This document shows, one piece after another, positions 45,577 through 56,153 of a stretch of 63,059 bases of DNA. How positions within the stretch are numbered: the first letter of the stretch is position 1; each line of letters begins with the position of its first letter. The notes below the pieces were generated by a model, which was not told where the DNA came from, made no database searches, and worked only from the letters and a program-made list of their open reading frames with translations. Both the position numbers and the translations under genes were made by a program. The stretch is from positions 113,094-176,152 of the forward strand of contig DDHN01000008.1 in NCBI GenBank assembly GCA_002338125.1, read 5' to 3'. The DNA is from Patescibacteria group bacterium UBA1875 (GTDB lineage: Bacteria > Patescibacteriota > CPR2 > UBA1875).

Positions 45577-46341
45577 TTGCATCTTCACACAATAGCAAGT
45601 GACGGTTTACATACGGCGCTGGCTGTTTTGAGCTATGCCAAATTAATTGGGGTTACGGTTGTGTCTATTACCGATCATAATGAAATATCGGCTAGCCTTA
45701 GAGGGGAAAAAATTGCCAAAGCTTTAAATCTTATCTATTACCCAGGAGTAGAGCTGATGTTCCATGTAAAGGGGAGAGTTTACGAGCTATTGGCCTATTT
45801 CAATGATGGCCAGTCTCTTCGTAACTTTTACAAAAAGTATCGTTTCACAAACGGTTTTATGCCGCATTACAAAAATGTCGACGAAGTTGTGAGCTTAGTT
45901 AAGGAATACAAAGGGGTAGTCGTGTCGCCACATCCTTTTGGTCGAAAGGGTATTTATCGAAACTTGAAAAATGCTAATGTAATGGTTGATGGGGTGGAAA
46001 TACTGAATGCTTTTACTGAGGAAAAGCGGAATGGAAAAGCAGCTATACATAAGACTAAGAACGATAACGCTAAGACATTAGGTTCGGCAGATATGCATTT
46101 TTTCCTCCAAGATATCGGTAGAGTGTATACAAAAATTGAATCTAATCAGAAGATAACCAAAGAGCTTGTTTGGAAATGTCTATTGGGGATAAAGGACGAA
46201 ATTAAGTTTATACCGATTGGTAATTCATTCAGTAAGAGAAAGATACTTTTCCAAAAGCCTCTATGTGCTGTTGTTTACGTTATTAATTGGCCTTGGCTAT
46301 ATATTAAATATCGGTTTCGAAAACAATATAAAAATTGTTGA
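45577..46341 (+). CDS. PHP-domain metal-dependent phosphoesterase inserted between rpsJ and rplC
   Basis: LHLHTIASDG...ITDHNE...SPHPF are PHP His/Asp motifs. The apparent start is TTG, and the frame is open upstream to 45535 with no ATG or GTG. Confidence 0.7.
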   Translation: MHLHTIASDGLHTALAVLSYAKLIGVTVVSITDHNEISASLRGEKIAKALNLIYYPGVELMFHVKGRVYELLAYFNDGQSLRNFYKKYRFTNGFMPHYKNVDEVVSLVKEYKGVVVSPHPFGRKGIYRNLKNANVMVDGVEILNAFTEEKRNGKAAIHKTKNDNAKTLGSADMHFFLQDIGRVYTKIESNQKITKELVWKCLLGIKDEIKFIPIGNSFSKRKILFQKPLCAVVYVINWPWLYIKYRFRKQYKNC

Positions 46342-46366
46342 CTTTGGGGATAAATTTCGGTATAAT
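46338..46366 (+). promoter_or_regulatory. rplC (S10-operon remainder) promoter
   Basis: TTGACT (overlapping the PHP stop), a 17-nt spacer, then TATAAT (46361-46366). Confidence 0.6.
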
Positions 46367-46395
46367 TTCTAGGCAGTTAAATAACTTAACCCAAT

Positions 46396-46446
46396 TTTCG
46401 AGAGTTGTGTAGGTCCGAGTGACTTCGGATACCACCAGCCTCGGAA
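46396..46446 (+). promoter_or_regulatory. Structured leader upstream of rplC
   Basis: An outer helix TTTCGAG/CTCGGAA (46396-46402 with 46440-46446) encloses the hairpin TCCGA-GTGACT-TCGGA (46414-46429). Confidence 0.4.
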
Positions 46447-46473
46447 TTTTAATTGCCAGCGAAAGGTTAAAAA

Positions 46474-47106
46474 ATGAGAGCAATTCTTGCCCAAAAAATG
46501 GAAATGACACATATTTTTAATGAAAAAGGTCACACGGTTCCTGTAACCATTCTTTTGGCTACTGAAAATATTGTTACTCAAATAAAAGATGAAAATAAGG
46601 ATGGTTACGAAGCTATTCAATTAGGATTTGGCACTAAAAGGGTTCAGAAAAAACCTGTTTTGGGTCACTTAAAAAAATCACAAGCAACCCCTCGTAAATT
46701 AGTAGAAGTCGTAAAAGAGGCAGGTAAGGGTTACAAAGTAGGAGATAAAATCAAATTAGACATTTTTTCAGAGGGAGAAAAAGTAACCATAAAAGGTATT
46801 TCCAAGGGTAAGGGCTTTGCCGGAACGATTAAAAGACATAACTTTCATCGTGGTCCGATGACTCATGGTTCTAGAAACCACCGAGCACCTGGATCAATCG
46901 GAGCCGGATACCCACAACATGTTTTCAAGGGTCAGAAATTGCCAGGAAGAATGGGAGCCGAACAAGTAACTGTCAAAAATTTAAAAATCGAAAAAATAAT
47001 TCCAGAAGAAAATTTAATCCTAGTTCGAGGGGCCGTTCCTGGGCCAAGAAAGAATATTGTTTTGATATCGGCAAATGACATCGATAAATCAAGCGAGAAA
47101 GAATAA
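46474..47106 (+). CDS. rplC: Ribosomal protein L3
   Basis: [22 protein letters not shown] signature. Confidence 0.95.
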   Translation: MRAILAQKMEMTHIFNEKGHTVPVTILLATENIVTQIKDENKDGYEAIQLGFGTKRVQKKPVLGHLKKSQATPRKLVEVVKEAGKGYKVGDKIKLDIFSEGEKVTIKGISKGKGFAGTIKRHNFHRGPMTHGSRNHRAPGSIGAGYPQHVFKGQKLPGRMGAEQVTVKNLKIEKIIPEENLILVRGAVPGPRKNIVLISANDIDKSSEKE

Positions 47107-47108
47107 TT

Positions 47109-47669
47109 ATGACATCAGAAAAGAAAAAAAATAAAGATAAGAGTACTATCGTCGCCAAGGCAGTAAGAACGGTTTTGGCCGGTAAGCGTCAGGTCCCAGC
47201 CAAAGTTAAAACCAGAGCTGAGGTTCGAGGTGGTGGGAAAAAACCTTGGCGACAAAAGGGAACCGGAAGAGCCAGGGCTGGTTCCAATCGTTCTCCTATT
47301 TGGCGTGGTGGTGGCGTTACCTTTGGGCCAAAAGGTAATGAAAATTATAAAGTCGGTATTAATAAGAAAGAGATGCGAGCCGCTCGACAGGAAGCTTATT
47401 CTGGGAAGAACTCAATAACAATTATTTTAGAAAAAATACCAGCAAAAACAAAAGAGGCTGCAAAAATATTTATCGATAAGAAAATCGAAGGCAAGTCCCT
47501 TGTAGTCATCGACGCTAAAAAAGAAACTTCCACCAAGGTAAAGAAGGTTTTTTCAAATCTAAAAGATACCCAAGTAGTTTATAAAGGTAATGAAAATATT
47601 TGCGATATTTTGGCAGCAGAAAATATAGTCAATATAAAGGTTAATAACACAACTAAGGTGAAGAAATGA
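47109..47669 (+). CDS. rplD: Ribosomal protein L4
   Basis: [14 protein letters not shown] signature and operon position. Confidence 0.9.
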   Translation: MTSEKKKNKDKSTIVAKAVRTVLAGKRQVPAKVKTRAEVRGGGKKPWRQKGTGRARAGSNRSPIWRGGGVTFGPKGNENYKVGINKKEMRAARQEAYSGKNSITIILEKIPAKTKEAAKIFIDKKIEGKSLVVIDAKKETSTKVKKVFSNLKDTQVVYKGNENICDILAAENIVNIKVNNTTKVKK

Positions 47670-47938
47670 AAAACGTGATTATAAAACCAGTTATTTCTGA
47701 GAAGTCTTTTGCTGGAGAAGAAGTGGGCAAATATTTCTTTCATGTTGCCTCGACTGCTAACAAAATTGAGGTCAAAAGAAGTGTTGAAGATATGTTTAAA
47801 GTAAAAGTTTTAAATGTAAATATTGTAAATATTGCCGGCAAAAGAAAACGAGTAGGGAGAATTTTTGGTAAACGAAATGATATCAAGAAAGCAATTGTTA
47901 CTCTTAAAAAAGGCGAAAAGATAAAGGAGCTCAAATAA
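47666..47938 (+). CDS. rplW: Ribosomal protein L23
   Basis: 90 aa, L23-like sequence, operon position. Confidence 0.9.
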   Translation: MKNVIIKPVISEKSFAGEEVGKYFFHVASTANKIEVKRSVEDMFKVKVLNVNIVNIAGKRKRVGRIFGKRNDIKKAIVTLKKGEKIKELK

Positions 47939-48774
47939 TGGCTGTTCGTAAAGTAAAACCAATTACAAATGCTCAACGTGGACTCTCGATCGATGATTTT
48001 TCTGATATTACTAAAAAGAATCCAGAGAAATCATTACTAACAACCTTACAGAAAAAATCTGGCCGCAACAATCAAGGTAAGATAACTACTCGACACAAAG
48101 GCGGCGGCGTTAAGAGAAAATATCGAGTCATTGATTTTAAAATGTTAACAGGAGAATATACGGTTACTGCTATTGAATATGATCCAAATCGTTCTGCTAG
48201 AATTGCTCTACTTACAGCTGCAAACGGTAAAAAAATATATATCCTTGCACCTGAAGGTTTGAAACCAGGCAAAAAAATCAAATTTGGTGACGAAGCGGTG
48301 ACGGCTACCGGACATCGGAGAAAACTTGCCGATTTACCGGTTGGTACGAACATATATAATATTGAATTACGCCCTGGCCAAGGTGGTAAGTTAGTACGTT
48401 CGGCTGGTTCTGCTGCACAGTTGCTTGCCAAAGAAGGAGAATTAGTCCATATAAAACTTCCTTCCGGAGAGATCAGAAAGATTGCAAGGGGTTGTATGGC
48501 TTCTGTGGGGACTGTTTCAAACCCTGAATATCAAAATATTCGTGTCGGAAAAGCCGGTCGAGTGAGGAAAATGGGAATAAGGCCAACTGTTCGCGGCAGT
48601 GCTATGAACCCAGTAGACCACCCTCATGGTGGTGGTGAAGGCCATCAGTCGATTGGTCTTAAACATCCTAAAACTCCTTGGGGAGCACCAGCACTTGGAG
48701 CTAAAACTAGAAAGAACAAAAAATTTTCTAATAAACTTATTGTTCGAGGTAGAAAGAAAAGGAGAGGTAGATAA
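47938..48774 (+). CDS. rplB: Ribosomal protein L2
   Basis: [13 protein letters not shown] signature. Confidence 0.95.
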   Translation: MAVRKVKPITNAQRGLSIDDFSDITKKNPEKSLLTTLQKKSGRNNQGKITTRHKGGGVKRKYRVIDFKMLTGEYTVTAIEYDPNRSARIALLTAANGKKIYILAPEGLKPGKKIKFGDEAVTATGHRRKLADLPVGTNIYNIELRPGQGGKLVRSAGSAAQLLAKEGELVHIKLPSGEIRKIARGCMASVGTVSNPEYQNIRVGKAGRVRKMGIRPTVRGSAMNPVDHPHGGGEGHQSIGLKHPKTPWGAPALGAKTRKNKKFSNKLIVRGRKKRRGR

Positions 48775-49076
48775 TGTCAAGATCATTGAAAAAAGGTCCT
48801 TATGTTGACGAACGTTTGCTGGCTAAAATAAAAGCTAGTGACGGAAAAAAAATTATTAAAACATGGGCAAGAAATTCTACAATTGCTCCTGATATGGTTG
48901 GACACAATATTGCTGTACATAACGGTCGGGAACATGTCCCTGTCTTTATCACCGAAGATATGGTCGGGCATAAACTCGGAGAATTTGTTCCAACCAGAAA
49001 ATTTAGAGGACATGGTGGTAAGATGGCAAAAGAACAAGCCACTGCTCCAAAAAAAGTAACTGAGGCAAAGGAATAA
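48774..49076 (+). CDS. rpsS: Ribosomal protein S19
   Basis: [11 protein letters not shown]...[24 protein letters not shown]. Confidence 0.95.
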   Translation: MSRSLKKGPYVDERLLAKIKASDGKKIIKTWARNSTIAPDMVGHNIAVHNGREHVPVFITEDMVGHKLGEFVPTRKFRGHGGKMAKEQATAPKKVTEAKE

Positions 49077-49077
49077 A

Positions 49078-49572
49078 ATGGAAGTAATAGCCAAAGGAAA
49101 ATATATAAGGATTTCACCAAAAAAGGCAAGGCCAATTGCCAGTCTTATTCGTGGCAAAAACGCTCGTCAGGCCCAAGTAATGCTTAGCGGAATGCCCCAA
49201 AAGTCAGCAGCAGTAATTAGAAAAGTTCTAGATAGTGCTATGGCCAATGCAGAAAATGATTTCAATCTCGATAAGAATGAATTAACTATTTCCAAAATTA
49301 CTGTCGATGGTGGCCCCGTTTTAAAAAGATTTATGCCAAGAGCTCAGGGTAGAGCCAGCGAGATAAGGAAAAGAACCTCGCATATCGAAATTATTGTTTC
49401 AGGTGAAGTAAAAACTAAGAAGAAAGACGATAAAAAAGAAAATTCTATCAAAGTAGCCCCCAAAACCGTTAAAGATGAAAGCCATAAGATAGAAGTTGAA
49501 AGGACTGAGAAAATTAGCCTTCAAGATAATAGGAATAAAGGAAAACAAATTTTTAGAAGGAAGACAGGTTAA
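49078..49572 (+). CDS. rplV: Ribosomal protein L22 with a Lys-rich C-terminal extension
   Basis: L22 core (ISPKKARPIASLIRGK...) plus a basic tail of about 50 aa. Confidence 0.9.
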   Translation: MEVIAKGKYIRISPKKARPIASLIRGKNARQAQVMLSGMPQKSAAVIRKVLDSAMANAENDFNLDKNELTISKITVDGGPVLKRFMPRAQGRASEIRKRTSHIEIIVSGEVKTKKKDDKKENSIKVAPKTVKDESHKIEVERTEKISLQDNRNKGKQIFRRKTG

Positions 49573-49575
49573 AAA

Positions 49576-50232
49576 ATGGGACAAAAAGTAAATCCAAACA
49601 GTTTTAGACTGCCGGTGACAAAAGATTGGAAATCTCGGTGGTTTGCCAGACAAGATTATGCAAGGTTTTTGCATGAAGATATTAGAATCCGTGACTATAT
49701 CACTAAAAACTATGGCGCAAAAGCTGGTGTGTCCAGAGTTGATATTGAGAGAGATGCTAATATGGTTAATGTTATAATCTATACCTCTCGGCCGGGAGTT
49801 GTTATTGGCAGAGGTGGGGCAGGGGCCATAGAGCTTAAAAATAATCTTTCAAAAATGGTTTCTTCTAAAATAAAAGATATTAGTATCGAAGAGATAAGAA
49901 AACCCGATCTTGATGCAAAAATTATGGCTAATAATATCAAGGAGCAATTAGAGAAAAGAATTGCATTCAAGAGAGCTGCAAAGCAGGCGGTAGATAAAAT
50001 CTCAAAAAGTGGGGCTTTGGGTGTAAAAGTGATGATCTCCGGGCGGCTAAATGGTGCTGATATCGCCAGAACTCAATTTTTCCAAGAAGGTAAAATACCT
50101 CTAGCTACACTGAGAGCAGATGTCGATTATGGCTTCGCAGAAGCTTGGACGACTTACGGTATTCTCGGAGTTAAGGTATGGATATATAAAGGGGAAAGAA
50201 AAAACGAGGAGCAAAAGAATGTTAATGCCTAA
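49576..50232 (+). CDS. rpsC: Ribosomal protein S3
   Basis: [12 protein letters not shown], a KH domain and a GRLNGA region. Confidence 0.95.
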   Translation: MGQKVNPNSFRLPVTKDWKSRWFARQDYARFLHEDIRIRDYITKNYGAKAGVSRVDIERDANMVNVIIYTSRPGVVIGRGGAGAIELKNNLSKMVSSKIKDISIEEIRKPDLDAKIMANNIKEQLEKRIAFKRAAKQAVDKISKSGALGVKVMISGRLNGADIARTQFFQEGKIPLATLRADVDYGFAEAWTTYGILGVKVWIYKGERKNEEQKNVNA

Positions 50233-50650
50233 AAAGACAAAGTTTCGTAAATCCCATAAAATACTTCGAACTGGAAATACTAAGAGAGGTAGCGAATTAG
50301 AATTTGGTAAATTCGGTCTTAAAGCAATGAGTTCTAGCTGGGTTGACTCAAGGCAAATCGAAGCAGCCAGAAGAGCAATGACCCGATATATTAAGCGTGG
50401 TGGTAAAGTTTTTATTAGGATTTTTCCAGATCAACCAGTAACCAAAAAACCTAATGAGGTGGGTATGGGTAAAGGCAAAGGTTCACCAGACCATTTTATC
50501 TTTCAAGTACGACCAGGCAGAATCATATTTGAAATGGACGGGGTTAGCGAGGAGCTTGCCCGAGAAGCATTAAGGCTAGGAGCTCATAAGCTACCAGTAA
50601 AAACCAAATTCATTTCCAAAGAAATTGAAGGAGAGAAAAATGAAGATTAG
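50219..50650 (+). CDS. rplP: Ribosomal protein L16
   Basis: The [14 protein letters not shown] start is chosen at 50219, overlapping the rpsC end. The track ORF starts upstream, at 50120. Confidence 0.9.
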   Translation: MLMPKKTKFRKSHKILRTGNTKRGSELEFGKFGLKAMSSSWVDSRQIEAARRAMTRYIKRGGKVFIRIFPDQPVTKKPNEVGMGKGKGSPDHFIFQVRPGRIIFEMDGVSEELAREALRLGAHKLPVKTKFISKEIEGEKNED

Positions 50651-50861
50651 TGATATAGTTGCTAAAAAAGATCAGGATCTTGAAAAAAAGTTAGCTGAGC
50701 TAGGTGAACAATTAACAAAATCAAGATTCCAAATTGCTACCAAGGAATCAGACAAAACAGCTGAAATAAAAAAGATAAAAACCGATATTGCTAGAATAAA
50801 AACTATTTTACGAGAAAGAGAAATTTTAAGAGAGGAAGAAAAAGATGAAAAGAAGGCTTAA
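50640..50861 (+). CDS. rpmC: Ribosomal protein L29
   Basis: ATG 50640 follows a GGAGAG SD. The sequence is an L29-like helical protein. Confidence 0.85.
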   Translation: MKISDIVAKKDQDLEKKLAELGEQLTKSRFQIATKESDKTAEIKKIKTDIARIKTILREREILREEEKDEKKA

Positions 50862-51090
50862 AGGAAGAGTTATATCTAAAAGCGGGACAAATACCGTTTC
50901 TGTTATGATAGATAAAAGCAAGGTTCATCCTCTGTATAAAAAGCGTTATGTTAATTCAAAGAAGTTTTTGGCCCATGATGAATCTGGGGTAGTGGTCGGA
51001 GATTTAGTAACTATCGAAGAAACAAAACCAATTTCTAAGAAAAAGAAATGGATAGTTATTAAGAATCCAACCAAAGGAGAAAGTAAGTAA
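50845..51090 (+). CDS. rpsQ: Ribosomal protein S17
   Basis: [16 protein letters not shown]...HPLYKK signature. Confidence 0.9.
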   Translation: MKRRLKGRVISKSGTNTVSVMIDKSKVHPLYKKRYVNSKKFLAHDESGVVVGDLVTIEETKPISKKKKWIVIKNPTKGESK

Positions 51091-51458
51091 TGATACAGGC
51101 ACAGACAAAATTAAAAGTGGCTGACAATACCGGAGCCAAGGAAATAATGTGTATTAAGGTTCTGGGTGGTTCCCGAAGACGTTATGCCGGAGTGGGTGAT
51201 ATTATCGTTGCCTCAGTTAAAATTGCAACACCTAATGGTCAAGCTAAAAAGAAAGAGGTTGTCCGAGCCGTGGTGGTGAGAACACGTAAAGAGATAAAAA
51301 GAAAGGATGGATCTACTGTAAGATTTGATGATAATGCTGCCGTCCTTGTAAATGGTGAAGGAATCCCAAGAGGAACACGTATCTTTGGCCCAGTAGCCCG
51401 GGAGATAAGAGATAGAGGCTATACAAAGATTCTTTCCCAAGCCCCGGAGGTACTCTAA
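51090..51458 (+). CDS. rplN: Ribosomal protein L14
   Basis: [17 protein letters not shown] signature. Confidence 0.95.
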   Translation: MIQAQTKLKVADNTGAKEIMCIKVLGGSRRRYAGVGDIIVASVKIATPNGQAKKKEVVRAVVVRTRKEIKRKDGSTVRFDDNAAVLVNGEGIPRGTRIFGPVAREIRDRGYTKILSQAPEVL

Positions 51459-51796
51459 TGAACAAACTCAAATTAAAAAAAGGTGATAAAGTAATAATTT
51501 TAGCCGGGAAAGACAAAGGCAAAACAGGAGTGATTGAAAAAGTCTTTGTGAAATCCAGAAGTGTTCTTATCCCAAAGCTTAATTTAGTTAAGAAACACGT
51601 AAAAGTAACCAAGGAAAATCCAGCCGGAGGTGTTATTGATGCTGAGAGACCAATTCCGATATCAAAAGTTGAGCTAATCTGCCCAAATTGTAGTAAGAGA
51701 GCTCGAGTTGGTTACAAAATAACAGGCAAAGAAAAAAAGAGAATTTGTAAAAGATGTCACAAAGTTATCGAAATCCAGAAAGATAAGGAGAAATAA
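51458..51796 (+). CDS. rplX: Ribosomal protein L24 (with a C-terminal CxxC...CxxC element)
   Basis: KKGDKVIILAGKDKGKTG KOW motif, plus CPNC...CKRC. Confidence 0.9.
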   Translation: MNKLKLKKGDKVIILAGKDKGKTGVIEKVFVKSRSVLIPKLNLVKKHVKVTKENPAGGVIDAERPIPISKVELICPNCSKRARVGYKITGKEKKRICKRCHKVIEIQKDKEK

Positions 51797-52344
51797 TGGC
51801 TAGATTATATGATTTATACAAAGAAAAGATTAAGAAATCTCTAAAATCTGATTTAGGTATTGATAACGATATGGCTGTACCGAGAGTTATTAAGGTTGTG
51901 GTGAACGCAGGAGTTGGTAAGGCCACTCAGGATTCAAAATATCTTATCGAGGCTGTCGAAGCTTTGACGGCAATAACTGGACAAAAGCCGGTTGAAAGAG
52001 TAGCTAAAAAATCTGTTGCTGGATTTAAAGTTAGGGAAGGAAACCCAATTGGTGTCTCAGTAACTTTAAGAGGTGATCGGATGTATGAATTTTTAGATAG
52101 ATTAGTAAATGCAGCGTTACCAAGAATTAGAGACTTCCGAGGAGTCAAGAAGAGTGCTTTTGACGGCCACGGTAATTATAGTGTGGGTATTAAGGAGCAT
52201 ACAGTTTTCCCAGAACTAATCGGTAGAGAAGTAAGCCCAATTTCATTACAAGTGAATATTCAAACTAGCACGGAAGATGACGATGTGGCCAGAACTTTAC
52301 TTGCAGCACTTGGTTTTCCGTTTCAAAAAGATGAGAGTGAATAA
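51796..52344 (+). CDS. rplE: Ribosomal protein L5
   Basis: Conserved L5 sequence and operon position. Confidence 0.95.
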   Translation: MARLYDLYKEKIKKSLKSDLGIDNDMAVPRVIKVVVNAGVGKATQDSKYLIEAVEALTAITGQKPVERVAKKSVAGFKVREGNPIGVSVTLRGDRMYEFLDRLVNAALPRIRDFRGVKKSAFDGHGNYSVGIKEHTVFPELIGREVSPISLQVNIQTSTEDDDVARTLLAALGFPFQKDESE

Positions 52345-52353
52345 GGAGATAAT

Positions 52354-52539
52354 ATGGCAAGAAAAGCATTAATAGAAAAATCAAATAAAAAACCCAAATT
52401 TTCAACTAGAAAACAAACTCGTTGTAAAATTTGTGGACGCTCCAAAGGGTATCTTAAAAAGTTTGAGATGTGTCGGATTTGTTTTAGAGAGAGAGCTCGA
52501 GAAGGAGAAATCCCAGGCGTCAGAAAATCAAGCTGGTAA
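52354..52539 (+). CDS. rpsN: Ribosomal protein S14, zinc-binding type Z (61 aa)
   Basis: [10 protein letters not shown]...CRICFRE zinc-ribbon pattern. Confidence 0.9.
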   Translation: MARKALIEKSNKKPKFSTRKQTRCKICGRSKGYLKKFEMCRICFRERAREGEIPGVRKSSW

Positions 52540-52551
52540 AAAGGAGAAACT

Positions 52552-52932
52552 ATGTTTACAGATCCAATTTCAGATATGTTAACAAGAATCAGAAATGCTT
52601 ACCTAGTTGGTAAGGAGTCTCTTGTTGTTGATAGCTCAAAACTAAAAACTTCAATTTTGAAAATATTGAAGGAGAACAAATATATCAAAGATTTTAAACA
52701 AGACGGTAAAGTGATTACGATTGTTTTGGGCTATAAAGATAGTAAGCCTCTAATAGAAAGGGTTGAACGAGTCTCAAAACCTGGTAGAAGAGTTTATGTT
52801 AAATGTGAAGATATTCCAGTTGTGCTTTCAGGAAAGGGAGTAGTAATTCTTTCGACTTCAAAGGGGATTTTAACCGGTGATGAGGCCAAGAAGAATAATT
52901 TAGGTGGGGAAAGAATCGCCAAAGTATATTAA
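52552..52932 (+). CDS. rpsH: Ribosomal protein S8
   Basis: DPISDMLTRIRNA signature. Confidence 0.95.
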   Translation: MFTDPISDMLTRIRNAYLVGKESLVVDSSKLKTSILKILKENKYIKDFKQDGKVITIVLGYKDSKPLIERVERVSKPGRRVYVKCEDIPVVLSGKGVVILSTSKGILTGDEAKKNNLGGERIAKVY

Positions 52933-52940
52933 GGAGTAAT

Positions 52941-53483
52941 ATGTCGCGAGTAGGAAAAAAACCAATTGGAATAAAAGAAGGAGTCACGGTCTCTATCGAA
53001 GGGCAAAATATTCAAATTAAAGGCCCAAAAGGAGAGTTGTCATTTACTATGAATTCTAATTTGCTAGCAAAAGTAGATGACAATACTTTGAATTTAGAAC
53101 TAAAAAAAGAAAGCAAAAAGAGCCGAGAATTACATGGTTTAACCAGAACAATCATTAATAATATGATTATCGGTGTAGCTGATGGTTTCGAAAAGAAGTT
53201 AGAATTCCACGGAGTCGGGTATCGGGCTAATGTCGAAGGCCGGGATTTGGTTTTGAACCTTGGCTTTTCTCACCCCATAAAGTATTCTCCTCGAGAAGGT
53301 ATTGACATTAAAGTAGATAAAAATGTTATTACAGTCTCCGGTATCGATAAACAATTAGTTGGTCAAACAGCAGCTGAGATTAGAGAATTCAGGAAGCCCG
53401 AGCCATACAAGGGGAAGGGTATCAAATACGAGTTTGAACACATAAGGAGAAAAGCTGGTAAAGCAGCAGCTAAGGGGGAATAA
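52941..53483 (+). CDS. rplF: Ribosomal protein L6
   Basis: SRVGKKPI start and a duplicated L6 domain. Confidence 0.95.
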   Translation: MSRVGKKPIGIKEGVTVSIEGQNIQIKGPKGELSFTMNSNLLAKVDDNTLNLELKKESKKSRELHGLTRTIINNMIIGVADGFEKKLEFHGVGYRANVEGRDLVLNLGFSHPIKYSPREGIDIKVDKNVITVSGIDKQLVGQTAAEIREFRKPEPYKGKGIKYEFEHIRRKAGKAAAKGE

Positions 53484-53493
53484 AGAGGTAAAA

Positions 53494-53832
53494 ATGGAAA
53501 AGAACAAAAGAAGAAATTTAAGAAAAAATAGAGTTAAGAAAAGTATTAGTCAGAGTAACTTGCCAAGACTATCAGTTTCAGCTTCGTTATCTCACATCCG
53601 AGCTCAAATAATAGATAATTCTAAGGGGATCACTCTTTGTGCTGCTGACGATTTGGCAATAAAAGATAAAAAAACTAAAACTGAAAAAGCAAAATTGGTC
53701 GGTGAGCTAATAGCGAAAAAAGCAAAAGAGAATAAAATTACCAAGGTAGTTTTCGACAGAGGCCATAAACTATATCACGGTAGGGTAAAAGCTTTGGCTG
53801 AAGCTGCCAGAAAATCAGGGCTTAAATTTTAA
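53494..53832 (+). CDS. rplR: Ribosomal protein L18
   Basis: L18-like sequence ([20 protein letters not shown]). Confidence 0.9.
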   Translation: MEKNKRRNLRKNRVKKSISQSNLPRLSVSASLSHIRAQIIDNSKGITLCAADDLAIKDKKTKTEKAKLVGELIAKKAKENKITKVVFDRGHKLYHGRVKALAEAARKSGLKF

Positions 53833-53841
53833 GGAGAAGAA

Positions 53842-54408
53842 ATGGCAAAATTTGAAAGAAGAGAAGAAAAAGACGGCATCGAAGAGCGAGTGATCCAGAT
53901 TGATAGGATTACCAGGGTTGTTAAGGGTGGCCGAAGATTGCGATTTAGAGCTATTGTCGTTGTTGGTGACGGTAAAGGCAAGGTAGGGCTTGCTATTGAT
54001 AAAAGCAACGAAGTAGTTGACGCTATTTCAAAAGCTTCTCGAAAGGCTCGAAAAGAAATGGTTGAAATCAATCTTTCAGAATCGACTATTCCTCATGAAA
54101 TTACCGCTGAATACGCTGGTGCCAAGGTCTTCTTAAAGCCTGCCAGGGTTGGTACTGGGGTTATTGCTGGTGGGGCTGTTAGGCCAATTTTAGAAGTACT
54201 TGGAGTTAAGGATGTTGTTTCTAAAATACAAGGATCTAATTCTAAACTAAACAATTCTTATGCGACAATCAAGGCTTTAAGAACTTTGAGAAAATTGGAG
54301 ACAACAAAAGGAACAACCAAAAAACCAAAAACAAAAAAAAGCAGCAAACCTAAAACTAAGGAGACTACTAATGGACCTGTCGAACCTAAGAAAACTAACA
54401 AAAAATAA
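53842..54408 (+). CDS. rpsE: Ribosomal protein S5 with a Lys/Thr-rich C-terminal tail
   Basis: INRVTKVVKGGR-like motif ([16 protein letters not shown]). The tail overlaps the rplO start. Confidence 0.9.
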   Translation: MAKFERREEKDGIEERVIQIDRITRVVKGGRRLRFRAIVVVGDGKGKVGLAIDKSNEVVDAISKASRKARKEMVEINLSESTIPHEITAEYAGAKVFLKPARVGTGVIAGGAVRPILEVLGVKDVVSKIQGSNSKLNNSYATIKALRTLRKLETTKGTTKKPKTKKSSKPKTKETTNGPVEPKKTNKK

Positions 54409-54790
54409 AAAACGTAAGGGTAGAGGAATCTCTGCTGGCGGTGGGAAAACTGCCGGTAGGGGTACAAAAGGACAAAAATCACGTTCAGGCGGGAATATTC
54501 GACCCGGATTTGAAGGCGGCCAGATGTCTTTGATACATCGAATCCCTAAAAAAAGAGGCTTTAAATCTAGAAACTCCAAACCCCAGACCGTTACTCTTGA
54601 TAAGTTAAATGTTTTCAAGGATGGCTCGAAAATAACAGTGAAAAAATTGCTTGAACAGAGGATAATTTCTTCTGAGTCTGCTAAGATAGTCGATAGCGGT
54701 AAACTAGAAAAAAAACTTATCATTGCTGTTCCGGTAACCAAAAATGCTGCCAAAAAAATAGAAAAAGCCGGAGGCAAGCTAGAAAGCTAG
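54371..54790 (+). CDS. rplO: Ribosomal protein L15
   Basis: [27 protein letters not shown] signature. An AAGGAG SD lies upstream. It overlaps rpsE by 38 nt. Confidence 0.9.
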   Translation: MDLSNLRKLTKNKKRKGRGISAGGGKTAGRGTKGQKSRSGGNIRPGFEGGQMSLIHRIPKKRGFKSRNSKPQTVTLDKLNVFKDGSKITVKKLLEQRIISSESAKIVDSGKLEKKLIIAVPVTKNAAKKIEKAGGKLES

Positions 54791-54791
54791 C

Positions 54792-56102
54792 ATGAGAAAA
54801 ATAAAAGAAATATTAGAAAATAAGGGTCTTTTAAAAAAAATTTTCTTTATTCTCTTTATTTTATTATTATTTAGAATTGCTGCTCACGTACCAATCCCTG
54901 GCCCTGACCCTGAAAATGTCAGAAACTTCCTGGCAGAAGCTTTTAGAGGAAATTCGGTGCTTTCATTCTTGGATATTTTCTCTGGGGGAGGGATTTCCCG
55001 GTTCTCCATTGTTATGATGGGTCTTGGACCCTACATTACTGCTTCGATTATGATTCAACTTTTAACTATGGTCGTTCCCAAATTAGAAGCAATTAGCAAA
55101 GAAGGCGAAGAAGGCCATCGAAAAATGAACCAATATTCCAGGCTAGTTGCTTTGCCACTATCGTTTATAGAAGGTTATGCGGGAATTAGATTCTTGCAAT
55201 ATTCCAGTAGTCAAACAGGGGCAGATTTTTTAAGCGGTTTGGGTTTAGATGAATGGGCTTTGATGCTTTTGGCAATAGCTGGTGGAACGATGTTTCTGAT
55301 GTGGCTTGGTGAGCTAATTACTGAAAAAGGTCTTGGTAATGGTGTTTCAATTATTATCTTTGCTGGTATCGTTGCTGGTTTGCCCCAATCGGTAGGTCAA
55401 GCAATCCAAAAGATTATTGTTTCTGAATACGATATGGGGATAATCGTCACACAATTAGGAATACTGGCAGCGATTATGGCGGTTATCGTGGCAATTGTTT
55501 TTGTTACCGAAGGACAGCGAAAGCTACCAATATCTTATGCTAAAAGAGTAAGAGGGTCTAAACTGTATGGGGGTGTTGAGAGCTTTCTTCCTTTGAAACT
55601 TAATATGTCAGGGGTAATTCCGATAATTTTTGCCGGTGCATTTATGAATATACCAAATATGATTGGCTTCTTCTCTCAGGTAAGGAATGAAACTATCGCC
55701 GCAGCGGCTACTTGGGTACAAGAGACTTTTAACCCTCAGGGATTGCCGTATGCTGTTTTTTTCTTTATTCTTGTCTTTGCTTTTACGTTTTTTTCTACTT
55801 TTTTGTACTTCAAGCCAAAGGATGTCGCTGAAAATCTCCAAAAGCATGGTGGTTTTATCCCCGGTATCCGCCCCGGAACTCAGACTGAAAAATATCTCTC
55901 TTGGCTAATAAATAGAGTTACGCTTTGGGGAGCAATATTTTTGTCACTTATTGCTGTTTTGCCGTTTTTAATTCAAATCTTTGCCAATATCGGTAATATC
56001 GTTATTGGTGGAACTGGGCTTTTGATTGTGGTCGGGGTAGCTATCGAGATCAAAAATCAAATTAATGCTCAAATTGTAACTAGATCATACGAAGCTATTT
56101 AA
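54792..56102 (+). CDS. secY: Preprotein translocase subunit SecY
   Basis: 436 aa with 10 TM helices and conserved SecY blocks (GGISRFSI..MGLGPYITASI). Confidence 0.95.
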   Translation: MRKIKEILENKGLLKKIFFILFILLLFRIAAHVPIPGPDPENVRNFLAEAFRGNSVLSFLDIFSGGGISRFSIVMMGLGPYITASIMIQLLTMVVPKLEAISKEGEEGHRKMNQYSRLVALPLSFIEGYAGIRFLQYSSSQTGADFLSGLGLDEWALMLLAIAGGTMFLMWLGELITEKGLGNGVSIIIFAGIVAGLPQSVGQAIQKIIVSEYDMGIIVTQLGILAAIMAVIVAIVFVTEGQRKLPISYAKRVRGSKLYGGVESFLPLKLNMSGVIPIIFAGAFMNIPNMIGFFSQVRNETIAAAATWVQETFNPQGLPYAVFFFILVFAFTFFSTFLYFKPKDVAENLQKHGGFIPGIRPGTQTEKYLSWLINRVTLWGAIFLSLIAVLPFLIQIFANIGNIVIGGTGLLIVVGVAIEIKNQINAQIVTRSYEAI

Positions 56103-56108
56103 AAAAGT

Positions 56109-56137
56109 CTTGCAAAAGAAAGCAAACTATCATATAA
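56109..56137 (+). promoter_or_regulatory. Internal promoter upstream of infA
   Basis: TTGCAA, a 17-nt spacer, then TATAAT. Confidence 0.45.
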
Positions 56138-56153
56138 TCATGAGGCACTTAAT

